Source of the DNA: Betaproteobacteria bacterium
Lineage (GTDB): Bacteria > Pseudomonadota > Gammaproteobacteria > Burkholderiales > SG8-41
Direction: 5' to 3'
NCBI GenBank assembly: GCA_021730905.1
Contig: JAKFYK010000018.1
Coordinates: forward strand, 48,481-112,480
DNA: 64,000 bases
Made by a program: the position numbers and the translations under genes. Under the pieces are notes generated by a model. The model was given only the letters and a program-made list of their open reading frames with translations, was not told the DNA's origin and did not search any database. Shown one piece after another: positions 1 through 9,512 of this stretch. How positions within the stretch are numbered: position 1 is the first letter of the stretch; each line of letters opens with the position of its first letter.

Positions 1-15
1 TAGAATAATATCAAT

Positions 16-30
16 AAAAACAAATACTTA
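16..30 (+). repeat. Dispersed AT-rich 15-mer, exact copy (AAAAACAAATACTTA)
   Basis: Read directly. The last base overlaps the ATG at 30. Confidence 0.9.
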
Positions 31-500
31 TGGATTATACCTTCTGGTTGTTCATCATCGCTGCGCTGATTGTATTCGCCAATCTGATGGCGTGGCTGAT
101 TCGGAAAAATTCCGCCCCAAAAACCTTCACCGGCAACGTCGATAACGCTGATCAGCCTGTCTCCTCGGAACTCAACAATTCCTTCAATATAGCGCCCGGC
201 AACGCGGAAGAAGCCGTGCGTGCGCTGTTGAATTCCGGCAACAAGATCGAAGCGATCAAGCGGGTGCGTGAACAGACGGGACTGGGATTGAAAGAAGCGA
301 AAGATCTGGTTGACGCGATGGAACAGGGCGCGCCCGTTACCATCCATGCTCATACGTCTTCATCCGCGTTTCATGGGGACCTGGACAGCGAGGCACGCAA
401 GCTCATGGCCGCTGGCCGAAAACTGGAAGCCATCAAACTGGTACGCGAGCAGAAAAGCCTTGGCCTCAAGGAAGCCAAGGATTACGTCGAACGGCTGTAG
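30..500 (+). CDS. Membrane-anchored protein with two ribosomal L7/L12 C-terminal-like repeats
   Basis: 156-aa ORF. N-terminal hydrophobic helix FWLFIIAALIVFANLMAWLI. Then two copies of K(I/L)EAIKxVREQxxLGLKEAKDxV, which resembles the L7/L12 CTD motif. Confidence 0.6.
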   Translation: MDYTFWLFIIAALIVFANLMAWLIRKNSAPKTFTGNVDNADQPVSSELNNSFNIAPGNAEEAVRALLNSGNKIEAIKRVREQTGLGLKEAKDLVDAMEQGAPVTIHAHTSSSAFHGDLDSEARKLMAAGRKLEAIKLVREQKSLGLKEAKDYVERL

Positions 501-503
501 CTT

Positions 504-2420
504 CTACGGCGCGGTCGTTCCCAACGCCAGCATCAACTGATTCAAGCGCTTCACAAACCCGGCCGGGTCTTCAAGCTGGCCGCCTTCGGCGAGCAGCGAC
601 TGATCGAACAGCACTTTCGCCAGATCGCCAAAGCGCGTTTCGTCCGCCTCATCCTTCAAGCGTTGCACCAGCGGGTGATGCGGATTGATTTCGAGGATCG
701 GTTTTGACGTCGGCACATTCTGCCCCGCGGATTTAAGCAGCCGCTCGAAATTTGCGCCCATATCGTGTTCATCGGCGACCAGGCATGCGGGTGAATCGGT
801 GAGGCGCAATGTCACGCGCACATCCTTGACGGTTTCACCCAGCGATTTCTTGATGCGTTCGAGCAACGGCTTCGAATCGCTCTCTTCCTTCTCCTGCGCT
901 TTTTTCTCGGCTTCGTCTTCCAGTTTGCCGAGCTCCAGCCGGCCTTTCGCCACTGATTGCAGCGCCTTGCCCTCGAATTCGGTGAGGTGCTGGCTCACCC
1001 ACTCGTCCACGCGTTCATGCATCAGCAACACTTCAACACCCTTCTTGCGGAACACTTCCAGATGCGGGCTGTTTTTCGCGGCGGCAAAGGTTTCCGCGGT
1101 GACGTAGTAGATTTTTTCCTGTTCCGGTTTCATGCGCGAGACATAATCCGCGAGCGACACGTCCTGCGCAACGGTGTCAGTGTGCGTGGAAGCAAAACGC
1201 AGCACTTTAGCGATGCGCTCGCGGTTGCCGTGATCCTCGACCACGCCTTCCTTGATGACCTTGCCGAATTCCTTCCAGAAGGTGGCGAATTTCTCTTTAT
1301 GGTTCTCGGCGAGGTCTTCGATCATCGACAGCACGCGCTTGACGTTGCCCGCACGCATGGCCTCAATGTCTTTTGACTCCTGGAGAATTTCGCGCGACAC
1401 GTTCAGCGGCAGATCGGCGGAGTCGATCACCCCACGCACGAACCGCAGATACACCGGCAGCAGTTGTTCGGCGTCGTCCATGATGAACACGCGCCGCACA
1501 TAGAGCTTTATGCCGCGGCGGTGCTCGCGGTCCCACAGGTCAAACGGCGCGCGCGCCGGGATGTACAGCAGTTGCGTGTATTCCTTGCGCCCCTCGACCC
1601 GGTTGTGCGAGTACGCGAGCGGCGCCTCGAAATCATGCGCCACGTGCTTGTAAAACTCGTGGTATTGCTCCTCGGTAATCTCGTTCTTGGGACGCGCCCA
1701 CAACGCACTCGCCTGATTGACGGTCTGGTCCTTGCTGGTGGTGCGGTAGACGGAGTTGTCCTTGTCCCATTCTTCTTCCTTCATCACGATGGGTAAGGTA
1801 ATGTGATCGGAATATTTACGGATGATGCCGCGCAGCCGGTTGGCGTTGGCAAGTTCATCCTCACCTTCACGCAGATGCAGCGTGACTTCCGTGCCACGGC
1901 CTTCTTTATCGAGCGCTTCGAGCGTGTACTCGCCGCCGCCATCGGATTCCCAGCGCACGCCGCTGTCAGCAGGCTGTCCCGCGCGGCGCGTCACCACGGT
2001 CACCTTGTCGGCAACCACGAACGACGAATAAAAACCCACGCCGAACTGGCCGATCAAATTGGCGTCTTTCGCCTGATCGCCGGTGAGGGCATTCAGAAAT
2101 TCGCGCGTGCCGGACTTGGCGATGGTGCCGATGTTACTGATCACTTCCTCGCGCGACATGCCGATGCCGTTGTCGGAAACGGTAATGGTGCGCGCCTTGG
2201 GATCGAACGCCACGCGTATCTTCAACTCGGCGTCGTTCTCGAACAGAGCCTTGTCCGTCAACGCTTCGAAACGCAGCTTGTCCGCCGCATCCGACGCATT
2301 GGAAATCAGCTCGCGCAGGAATATCTCCTTGTTGCTGTACAAGGAGTGAATCATCAGGTTGAGCAGTTGTTTGACTTCGGCCTGAAAGCCGTGGGTTTCT
2401 TTAGTGGCAGTCGCGGTCAT
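504..2420 (-). CDS. htpG: Molecular chaperone HtpG (Hsp90)
   Basis: 638 aa. Hsp90 ATPase motifs [29 protein letters not shown]. Full-length. Confidence 0.95.
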   Translation of the reverse strand: MTATATKETHGFQAEVKQLLNLMIHSLYSNKEIFLRELISNASDAADKLRFEALTDKALFENDAELKIRVAFDPKARTITVSDNGIGMSREEVISNIGTIAKSGTREFLNALTGDQAKDANLIGQFGVGFYSSFVVADKVTVVTRRAGQPADSGVRWESDGGGEYTLEALDKEGRGTEVTLHLREGEDELANANRLRGIIRKYSDHITLPIVMKEEEWDKDNSVYRTTSKDQTVNQASALWARPKNEITEEQYHEFYKHVAHDFEAPLAYSHNRVEGRKEYTQLLYIPARAPFDLWDREHRRGIKLYVRRVFIMDDAEQLLPVYLRFVRGVIDSADLPLNVSREILQESKDIEAMRAGNVKRVLSMIEDLAENHKEKFATFWKEFGKVIKEGVVEDHGNRERIAKVLRFASTHTDTVAQDVSLADYVSRMKPEQEKIYYVTAETFAAAKNSPHLEVFRKKGVEVLLMHERVDEWVSQHLTEFEGKALQSVAKGRLELGKLEDEAEKKAQEKEESDSKPLLERIKKSLGETVKDVRVTLRLTDSPACLVADEHDMGANFERLLKSAGQNVPTSKPILEINPHHPLVQRLKDEADETRFGDLAKVLFDQSLLAEGGQLEDPAGFVKRLNQLMLALGTTAP

Positions 2421-2434
2421 GATAAATATCCAAT

Positions 2435-2449
2435 AAAAACATATACTTA
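2435..2449 (+). repeat. Dispersed 15-mer, 14/15 variant (AAAAACATATACTTA)
   Basis: Read directly. Lies between the htpG -10 element and the htpG ATG, so probably in the 5' UTR, in reverse orientation relative to htpG. Confidence 0.8.
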
Positions 2450-2462
2450 AGTATGTGAAAGT

Positions 2463-2491
2463 TAAATGGGGGCAGTTCGCTTGAATTCAAG
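2463..2491 (-). promoter_or_regulatory. RpoH (sigma-32)-type heat-shock promoter of htpG
   Basis: Minus strand reads CTTGAA, a 13-nt spacer, then CCCCCATTTA about 45 nt upstream of the htpG ATG. This matches the CTTGAA-N13-15-CCCCATNT consensus. Confidence 0.6.
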
Positions 2492-2573
2492 CGCCGCCCG
2501 CGCTGCATTACGCAGCCGAAATGCTTTGCTGGCGTACCGGTTCTCGCGCTGATATGCGCCAGCCCGGAAACGC

Positions 2574-3965
2574 TTAGCCTGCTTTACGCGCCTCACTCCC
2601 GCGCGCGAACAGCAGAACCACACCGCCGACCGCGAGTACCGCCAGACCCACCAGCGCATGGCCTTTGTGATAAGTCAGGCTGGAATACAGCAGGTAGCCG
2701 CACATGCACACAAAGATCGCGGGTAATACCGGATACAGGGGCACGCGGAAAGGCCGCGGCGCGTTTGGCTCTTTCGAACGTAATATGAAGAGCGCGATGC
2801 CTATCAACAGGAAGAATCCCCAAAATACCGGCAGCGAATATTCCACGAGCCCCTTGAAGCCGGCTTTCTGGAACGCGCCCAGGCCCACCAGTGCCAGCGC
2901 GATTACGCCCTGCACCACCATCGCGTTGCGCGGCGAGCCGCTCGCCTCATCCCAGCGACCGATATAACTGAAGATCGGCCAATCCTTGCCCAGCGCATAG
3001 TTCGAGCGCGCGCCCACAATGATCGAACCGTTTACCGAGGTCAGCGCGGCAATGGCAATCATGATCGAGATCAGCTTTTCGCCCCCCGTACCCCATACGG
3101 CCTTCAGCAAATCAGCCGCTACTGCATCCGAGCGCGCCATCGCGTAAAGGCCGAGGCCTTTCATATAGGCCAGCGCGATCAATACGTACAACACGGCCAC
3201 CACGCTGATAGCGATCAGCAGCGCACGCACCATGTTGCGTTCGCGGTCGCGCACTTCGGCCGAGATATAGGCCGCATCATTCCAGCCGCCATAGGTAAAC
3301 AGCACAAACAGCATCGCAGTACCCAGACCCGCGCCCATGTACCACGGCCCGCTGCCGGTTGCAGCAGCCACCACGGGCGGAGGTGGCGGCGGTGAGGCCA
3401 GCACAAGTCCCGCGATGATAATCAACAACAATCCGCCGACTTCCAGCACCGTGAAAATATTCTGTGTAACCTTGCCTTCCTGTATCCCGCGGTAGTTCAC
3501 CGCCGTGAGCACCAGTACCACCATCGCGGCCCAAATCGCCGAAGAATACTCTCCGAGATTCCACACACGCGACATGTAATCGCCGAACAGGTACGCAAAC
3601 ACCGCAATCGAGCCGGCGACGATGACGGTCATGCGTGCCCAGCCATACAGAAACGCCAGCGCGCGGCCGTAGGCGCGCTGTATGAAGTGATACTCGCCGC
3701 CTGCCGAGGGAAAAGCCGTCGCCAGTTCGCCATAGCACAACGCGCCGATGATGGAGAAGACGCCACCCGCGATCCATACGGCAACAACCAGTGTTTCATC
3801 GTTCATGGCGCCGGCCACGATGGCCGGCGTACCAAACACGCCTGCACCAACAATCAGGCCGACAATCATGGCACAGGCATCAAACACGGAAAGCGACGGC
3901 TTCGGCTGCGCGCCTGTCTCCACGGTGGGCTGATGTGCGCTCATATTATTTTCCGCCCGGCTCAT
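2574..3965 (-). CDS. APC-family amino acid permease
   Basis: 463 aa with about 12 hydrophobic segments and APC-like composition. Overlaps the 3' end of paralog 1 by 20 nt, so likely co-transcribed. Alternative start at 3944. Confidence 0.8.
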   Translation of the reverse strand: MSRAENNMSAHQPTVETGAQPKPSLSVFDACAMIVGLIVGAGVFGTPAIVAGAMNDETLVVAVWIAGGVFSIIGALCYGELATAFPSAGGEYHFIQRAYGRALAFLYGWARMTVIVAGSIAVFAYLFGDYMSRVWNLGEYSSAIWAAMVVLVLTAVNYRGIQEGKVTQNIFTVLEVGGLLLIIIAGLVLASPPPPPPVVAAATGSGPWYMGAGLGTAMLFVLFTYGGWNDAAYISAEVRDRERNMVRALLIAISVVAVLYVLIALAYMKGLGLYAMARSDAVAADLLKAVWGTGGEKLISIMIAIAALTSVNGSIIVGARSNYALGKDWPIFSYIGRWDEASGSPRNAMVVQGVIALALVGLGAFQKAGFKGLVEYSLPVFWGFFLLIGIALFILRSKEPNAPRPFRVPLYPVLPAIFVCMCGYLLYSSLTYHKGHALVGLAVLAVGGVVLLFARGSEARKAG

Positions 3966-4857
3966 CTTGCGCGCGTATCAGTTCACCACGCTTGATGCGT
4001 TTGGCTGTCCATGTCGCCTGACGCGCGGTAGCGCCCTCTCCAATGCGCACGGTACCGGTGATGGTCTCACCCGCCAGCTGGCCCTGAAACTCGTGACGCT
4101 CGATTTTTTGCGCGCCTTTGCCGGTCAGTGAAAATCTCACCTGTTCGCCAATCATCTTGCCGCGCATTTCACCGTTGACGCCGCCGGCCTGCGCATTGCC
4201 GTCGATGTTCTGGAAAAACTGCTCCAAGTCGAACTCGTACGGCACATCCTTGCCGCCGACGCTGATCGTGGATTGCCATTTGCCCGCAGCCAGCGCCGGC
4301 ACCACCCAGTAGAACACGTAGCTGATGCCGGGATTGCCCACTTTTTTCTCGGGAACCACCAGCGTTTTTTGCTCGTCCGGATACCAGTCGCCCATGCTGT
4401 AATCGTGCGCGACCACGCGCGTGCCGGGTTTAAGGCGCATGATTTTCGGGCGCAGCCTGAGATTCATCTCCGGCAGCAGATACGTCGATACCACCGTCGC
4501 CTCGGAAAAATCTGTCTCGAACAGATTTTGTTCACGAAACGTCACGCGATCGGCGACGTTTTCCTTGCGCGCGTTTTCATTGGCAAGTTTAAGCAAAAAG
4601 GTATCGAGATCGACGCCCAGCGCCTTGGCGCCGTACTTCTTGGCGGCGGTAATCACAAAGCGCCCATCGCCTGATCCGAGATCGATCAGATAATCCGCCT
4701 TGTTGACCTTCGCCATCATCAACATTTCATCCACCACGATTTGTGGTGTCGGCACATACACCACATCGCCCACGCCGGTTTGCGCCCACGACGGCGCCAC
4801 CGCGACAACCGCCGCCACAACAACCACCAACGCCCGTACCTGCTTCAGTAATTTCAT
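3946..4857 (-). CDS. Exported class I SAM-MTase-fold protein plus C-terminal module, paralog 1 of 8
   Basis: Start taken at MKLLKQVRALVVVVAAVVAVAPSWA/Q (signal-like). Motifs YVPTPQIVVDEML, LIDLGSGDGRFVITAAKKYG, GVDLD, LKPGTRVVAHDY. ATGA overlap with the paralog 2 stop. Confidence 0.8.
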   Translation of the reverse strand: MKLLKQVRALVVVVAAVVAVAPSWAQTGVGDVVYVPTPQIVVDEMLMMAKVNKADYLIDLGSGDGRFVITAAKKYGAKALGVDLDTFLLKLANENARKENVADRVTFREQNLFETDFSEATVVSTYLLPEMNLRLRPKIMRLKPGTRVVAHDYSMGDWYPDEQKTLVVPEKKVGNPGISYVFYWVVPALAAGKWQSTISVGGKDVPYEFDLEQFFQNIDGNAQAGGVNGEMRGKMIGEQVRFSLTGKGAQKIERHEFQGQLAGETITGTVRIGEGATARQATWTAKRIKRGELIRAQDEPGGK

Positions 4858-5789
4858 TGCTGCTCCCTGGTAAAAAATGTTGCCGCTACTGGGTTCCGCT
4901 CCGGCGGCTGCCCTCGACCGCCGGCAGCGGCGTCGATGAACATGCGTCCGCGTGCAGTGCGAATTGCGCGCCACGGCATCGGCACACCGTCCGTCAGCAC
5001 GCGGCCTTCCATCACGTCACCTTCCAAACGTCCGCTGAATTCCTGGCGCACACTACGACCATCGCGCTCGGTCACCACCGTAAAACTTACGCTGTCTCCG
5101 CGCACACGTGCATTGCTTATCTCGGCACGCCCGCCTGAAACCTGTCCTGCGGCAGATGCCATCTGGAAGGTCTGCTCGAAACTCGCATCGTACTCCAAAC
5201 TCATGCCGCCCACCGGCAGTTGCCAGCGCCAGCGGCCCGATACGTCCGCCGGCACCACCCAGAGAAAAATTTCACTCGATGGCGGGCCGTAGGATTTTTC
5301 CGGCACCGCGATGGTGAGCTTTTCGTCCGGCGTCCATTTGCCCATGTCAAAGTCGTGCGAAACAATGCGCGTGCCGGGCTTCAACTTGAACAGCGACGGC
5401 CGCAATCGCAGGTTCACTGCATGCAGCAGGTACATCGACACCACGCTCGCCTTGCTGATATCGGTGTCAAACAGATTGCGCGCATAAAACTCGGCGCGAT
5501 CTTTCACGCCCTCGCGTTCGGCATTGCGTCGCGCGGTACGCACCAGATTGTCATCGAGATCCACGCCGAAACCACGGGTGCCGATTCTTTTGGCGGCGGT
5601 GATCACGATACGCCCGTCGCCCGAACCGAGATCCACCAGATAATCGTTCGGCCCCACCGCTGCGAGTTTAAGCATGGCATCAACCACCACCCACGGCGTC
5701 GGCACGTAGGGCACGTCGGCGGCGCGCACGGGCGCCGCCCACAACCACAGCGCCAGTGCGGCAGTAGCGACAGGGCGCGCGGCAAGCAT
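4854..5789 (-). CDS. Exported class I SAM-MTase-fold protein plus C-terminal module, paralog 2 of 8
   Basis: Start taken at MLAARPVATAALALWLWAAPVRA/A. The ORF is open up to 5822. Motifs LVDLGSGDGRIVITAAKRIG, LKPGTRIVSHDF. TGATG overlap with the paralog 3 stop. Confidence 0.75.
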   Translation of the reverse strand: MLAARPVATAALALWLWAAPVRAADVPYVPTPWVVVDAMLKLAAVGPNDYLVDLGSGDGRIVITAAKRIGTRGFGVDLDDNLVRTARRNAEREGVKDRAEFYARNLFDTDISKASVVSMYLLHAVNLRLRPSLFKLKPGTRIVSHDFDMGKWTPDEKLTIAVPEKSYGPPSSEIFLWVVPADVSGRWRWQLPVGGMSLEYDASFEQTFQMASAAGQVSGGRAEISNARVRGDSVSFTVVTERDGRSVRQEFSGRLEGDVMEGRVLTDGVPMPWRAIRTARGRMFIDAAAGGRGQPPERNPVAATFFTREQQ

Positions 5790-6637
5790 CAAGGGGCCGC
5801 ACCCGCCCTGACGGCACGCCATGGATGCCGCGTCTGCACGCCGCCCACGCCACGGCGGAATTCACCTTCCATCACACTATCGCGCACCACGCCCTCAAAA
5901 TACATATTGGCCTCATTCTCACGGTCGGTGTTGTCGACGATGACGAAGCTCACACGGTCGCCGCGCAGCGAGGCCTGCCACAGGCCCGCCGGTGGGCGAT
6001 CCGCGACGCGTATCACGCCGTCGATCTGCTGATGCTTCTGGCGGATATCCATATCCCAGGTCTGCGCGCCCGCAGGCAACGGCAACTGCAAACGCCAGCG
6101 GCCCTGCATCTTTGCCGGCACGATCCACAGCATCACGTTCTTGCGTATGGTGACTTTGGCATCGGGTTGCCAATCGCCGAGGTCGAAGTCGTGCGCGACG
6201 ATGCGCGTGCCGGGTTTCAGCGCCAGCAATGACGGCCGCAGGCGCATGTTCACGCCGGGCAGCAGATACATGGTGATCACGCTCGCCTTGGAAAAATCGG
6301 TTTTGAACAGATCCTGCCGCAGAAACTGCACGCGCTCAGCGACGTTGGCAACGCGTGCATTCTCCTCGCTCTGGTAGATCAGGTTTTCGTCGAGATCGAC
6401 GCCAATGCCGCGCGCGCCGAATTTGCGTGCCGCCGTGATCAGGATGCGCCCGTCGCCGGAGCCGAGGTCCATCACGAAGTCATCTTTCGTCACGTTCGCC
6501 AGCCGCAGCATTTCATCGACCACTACTTGCGGCGACGGCACGAACGGCACCTCGTACGGCCATTGCGCGCGCGCGACAGTTGCCATCAGCAGCAACGCCA
6601 CCGCTGCGAATCTTAATGAAATTTTATTTAAAAACAT
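5789..6637 (-). CDS. Exported class I SAM-MTase-fold protein plus C-terminal module, paralog 3 of 8
   Basis: Signal-like MFLNKISLRFAAVALLLMATVARA/Q. Motifs VMDLGSGDGRILITAARKFG, LKPGTRIVAHDF. AT-rich first codons merge with the 15-mer variant. Confidence 0.8.
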   Translation of the reverse strand: MFLNKISLRFAAVALLLMATVARAQWPYEVPFVPSPQVVVDEMLRLANVTKDDFVMDLGSGDGRILITAARKFGARGIGVDLDENLIYQSEENARVANVAERVQFLRQDLFKTDFSKASVITMYLLPGVNMRLRPSLLALKPGTRIVAHDFDLGDWQPDAKVTIRKNVMLWIVPAKMQGRWRLQLPLPAGAQTWDMDIRQKHQQIDGVIRVADRPPAGLWQASLRGDRVSFVIVDNTDRENEANMYFEGVVRDSVMEGEFRRGVGGVQTRHPWRAVRAGAAP

Positions 6638-6644
6638 ATGCTTA
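6630..6644 (+). repeat. Dispersed 15-mer, 13/15 variant (AAAAACATATGCTTA)
   Basis: Read directly. Contains the paralog 3 start codon (on the complement) and fills most of the 12-nt gap to the paralog 4 stop. Confidence 0.7.
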
Positions 6645-6649
6645 TAATA

Positions 6650-7507
6650 TCATTGCTGAGCGGATTGCACACGCTGCGCGCGCCAGCGCTGCTCGCTTGA
6701 TTTTAGACCCACGCCATACCGTACCGTGCCTTCGACCATATCGCCACGCACCTCGCCCTCGAAACGGTAACTCACATCGTCCTCGACCAGCACGAAACTC
6801 AAGCGCTCACCGGAGAGTTGCGCTTCAAATGCCGGCAAAAATCCGCCTTGCACGCGCACCCCGCCGCGCACTTCCTGATAGCGCTGCTGTATGTCGAGCA
6901 TGAATTCGCGGCCTTTCGCCATGGGCGCGTCGATACGCCATGCGCCGGCCACGTTCGCCGGCACCACGTAGAGCATATAGGTTTTGGAAATCTGGATTTT
7001 GCGATCCGGTTTCCACTCCGCAAAACCATAATCGTGCGCCACGATGCGCGTGCCGGGTTTGAGTTCGGCCAGCAGCTTGGGCTCGAGCTTTACCACCAGC
7101 GAAGTCAACAAGTACATCGTCACCACCGTCGCCGCACGCAGATCGGCGGCAAAGATATCGCTGTGACGAAACTCGGCACGTTCGCCGACGCCGGCGCGAC
7201 GCGCGTTTTCCGTGCTCTCGCGCACCAGCGCCGCATCGAGCTCGATGCCGACGCCGCGCGCGCCGTAATCGCGGGCCGCCGCGATGACGATACGGCCGTC
7301 GCCTGAACCCAGATCGAACACCACATCGTGCGGCGTTACCCCGGCGAGGCGCAGCATTTCATCGACATTGCCGCGCGTTGAAGGAATGTAGGGCGTGGGC
7401 ACATCCAGCATGGCCGCACGCGCAGACATGCTCGCGGCAACACACAACAGCATTGCGAATCGCACGAATAGCGGCACAAGCAGCACTGTTCTCAGGACTG
7501 CGCGCAC
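6650..7507 (-). CDS. Exported class I SAM-MTase-fold protein plus C-terminal module, paralog 4 of 8
   Basis: Signal-like MRAVLRTVLLVPLFVRFAMLLCVAASMSARA/A. Motifs VFDLGSGDGRIVIAAARDYG, GIELD, LKPGTRIVAHDY. Confidence 0.8.
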   Translation of the reverse strand: MRAVLRTVLLVPLFVRFAMLLCVAASMSARAAMLDVPTPYIPSTRGNVDEMLRLAGVTPHDVVFDLGSGDGRIVIAAARDYGARGVGIELDAALVRESTENARRAGVGERAEFRHSDIFAADLRAATVVTMYLLTSLVVKLEPKLLAELKPGTRIVAHDYGFAEWKPDRKIQISKTYMLYVVPANVAGAWRIDAPMAKGREFMLDIQQRYQEVRGGVRVQGGFLPAFEAQLSGERLSFVLVEDDVSYRFEGEVRGDMVEGTVRYGVGLKSSEQRWRAQRVQSAQQ

Positions 7508-7511
7508 CGTG

Positions 7512-8414
7512 CTACCTCGCCATCACGCCGGGTTTCAAATCCGTAAAGCGCGGGTCACGCAGCTCGGTGCGCATCGCGGTCCACGACTGCGGCGCGCCAC
7601 TGCGGCGCATCTCGCCCGTGATCGCGTTATTGATGACCTTGCCGCTGAATTCGTGGCGCACCGGCTTACCGCCGATATCCAGCATCGCCGCAAAGCTGAT
7701 GTGTTCGCCTGCCAGCACGGCATTTTCCATCTTTGCGCTGCGGCCCGACACCGAAACCGTGCCGGTGATTTTCTGGAACACCTGATCAACATTTAATTCG
7801 ACAAACTGCGGCTTGCCGTCGATAGCCTGTTGCCACAGCCACTTGCCTGCCACGCGCGAAGGCACCATCCAATACATCACTTTGCTCTTTTGGTCGCGTC
7901 CCACGGGCTTGCCCGGCGCATCCATCACGATCTCCACATCCGGCGGCCACTCGCCAAAGCCGTAGTCGTGCGACACCAGGCGCGTTCCAGGCTTTAGCGC
8001 AAGGACACGCGACCGTATCATGAGGTTCACTTCGGGCAGCAGATAAATCGTCAACACGTCTGCCTGCGTGATATCGGTTTCATGCAAATCGCGCTCGTAA
8101 AACACCGCGCGGTTGGCAACGCCCGCCTTCGCCGCGTTGCGGTTGCTCAGGGTCACCAGGCTCTTATTGAGATCGACGCCAAAGCCGCGCGCGCCGTATT
8201 TTTTTGCGGCAGTGATGATGAGCCGCCCGTCGCCCGAACCCAGATCGATCAGATAGTCCTTCGCGGTGACCTTGGCCATTTCCAGCATCTTGTCGACAAC
8301 CACCTGCGGCGTCTGCACATATGGCGTGTCACCGTAGTCCTGCGCGGCCACCCATGCCGGCGCTGTCGAGCACAGTACGAGCGCAATTAATCTGAAGAAT
8401 GGCGCGCGCATCAT
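7512..8414 (-). CDS. Exported class I SAM-MTase-fold protein plus C-terminal module, paralog 5 of 8
   Basis: Signal-like MMRAPFFRLIALVLCSTAPAWVAA/Q. Motifs LIDLGSGDGRLIITAAKKYG, LKPGTRLVSHDY. 4-nt overlap with paralog 6. Confidence 0.8.
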   Translation of the reverse strand: MMRAPFFRLIALVLCSTAPAWVAAQDYGDTPYVQTPQVVVDKMLEMAKVTAKDYLIDLGSGDGRLIITAAKKYGARGFGVDLNKSLVTLSNRNAAKAGVANRAVFYERDLHETDITQADVLTIYLLPEVNLMIRSRVLALKPGTRLVSHDYGFGEWPPDVEIVMDAPGKPVGRDQKSKVMYWMVPSRVAGKWLWQQAIDGKPQFVELNVDQVFQKITGTVSVSGRSAKMENAVLAGEHISFAAMLDIGGKPVRHEFSGKVINNAITGEMRRSGAPQSWTAMRTELRDPRFTDLKPGVMAR

Positions 8415-9349
8415 TGCACCTGTCCGGCGTGGTGTGCCATCGCCGAAGCGGTGCGCGGCGAGCGCACGGCGTTCCAGTCGTATTGTCCCTGTGCGCGGCT
8501 GCCCGACAAAGCGGCCGAGCCGCTGACGCTTTCGCCATCAATCTTGCCCTTGAAGTCATGCTTGACTGGTCCTGCGCCGAGGTCGGCCGTGAAAGAAAAG
8601 CTGATCTCCTCACCCTGTAATTTGACGTTTTGCAACGGCGCAGTACGGCCATTGACGCTGGCATTGCCCGATACCATTTGAAAGGTCTGGCTGAGCATCG
8701 CGGTGTAGGGCTGCGGCTTGCCGCCTTTGCCGCCCGAGGGTAACTCCCAGCGCCAGCTGCCGGCCACTTTTGCCGGCACTATCCAGAAGTAAATGTCGCT
8801 CTGGCCGGGGGCGCTGCCATATTTTTCCTTAACCTCCAATTGGACGAATGCATCCGGCTTCCAGTCGTCCATCGAAAAATCGTGCGACACGATGCGCGTG
8901 CCCGGTTTGAGGTCGAGCAGCTTGGGGCGCAATTCCATGTTCACGCGCGGCAGCAGATACATGGTGATCACCGTCGCCTGCGACAGATCGGTCTGGAACA
9001 GATCACGCTGATAAAACGCTGCCTTGTCCGTGACACCCGCTTTCCGCGCATTGTCGAGCGCCTCCGACACGCGCGTGGGATTGATATCCACGCCAAATCC
9101 CCGCGCCCCGTGCTTCTTCGCCGCGGTCACCACGATGCGGCCGTCGCCGGAACCCAGATCGATCAGGTAGTCATTCGCGCCAACCTTCGCCATTTGCAGC
9201 ATGCGATCCACCACTTCCTGCGGCGTGGGCACGTAGGGCACGCGCGGTTCCTGCGCCATAGCGAAAGCAGCAGTCATGGCAAGCATTACAGCAAACAAAC
9301 AAACGCGGACACGCACACACACTGCGGCACCGCTCAAGCGTTGATCCAT
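8411..9349 (-). CDS. Exported class I SAM-MTase-fold protein plus C-terminal module, paralog 6 of 8
   Basis: Start taken at MDQRLSGAAVCVRVRVCLFAVMLAMTAAFAMA/Q. The ORF is open up to 9382. Motifs LIDLGSGDGRIVVTAAKKHG, GVDIN, LKPGTRIVSHDF. Confidence 0.75.
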   Translation of the reverse strand: MDQRLSGAAVCVRVRVCLFAVMLAMTAAFAMAQEPRVPYVPTPQEVVDRMLQMAKVGANDYLIDLGSGDGRIVVTAAKKHGARGFGVDINPTRVSEALDNARKAGVTDKAAFYQRDLFQTDLSQATVITMYLLPRVNMELRPKLLDLKPGTRIVSHDFSMDDWKPDAFVQLEVKEKYGSAPGQSDIYFWIVPAKVAGSWRWELPSGGKGGKPQPYTAMLSQTFQMVSGNASVNGRTAPLQNVKLQGEEISFSFTADLGAGPVKHDFKGKIDGESVSGSAALSGSRAQGQYDWNAVRSPRTASAMAHHAGQVQ

Positions 9350-9512
9350 ACCAAACACGATGGGAACTCCTTGCAGATTCAACTTCGGCTATGACAGCGA
9401 TCACCGGCGCGCCGTTCATATTGCCTGCACCGCGCCAGCAATCCGCGCGGCTATTGCAGCTATGGTAGATTCGCGGACGACGATTATACCCGACACCGCA
9501 CTGGACACTCCG

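Noticed and set aside
2478-2493. Perfect 16-bp palindrome CGCTTGAATTCAAGCG, considered as a terminator for the permease gene.
   Set aside because: It has no loop and no T-tract. It is better explained as carrying the CTTGAA -35 element of the htpG sigma-32 promoter.
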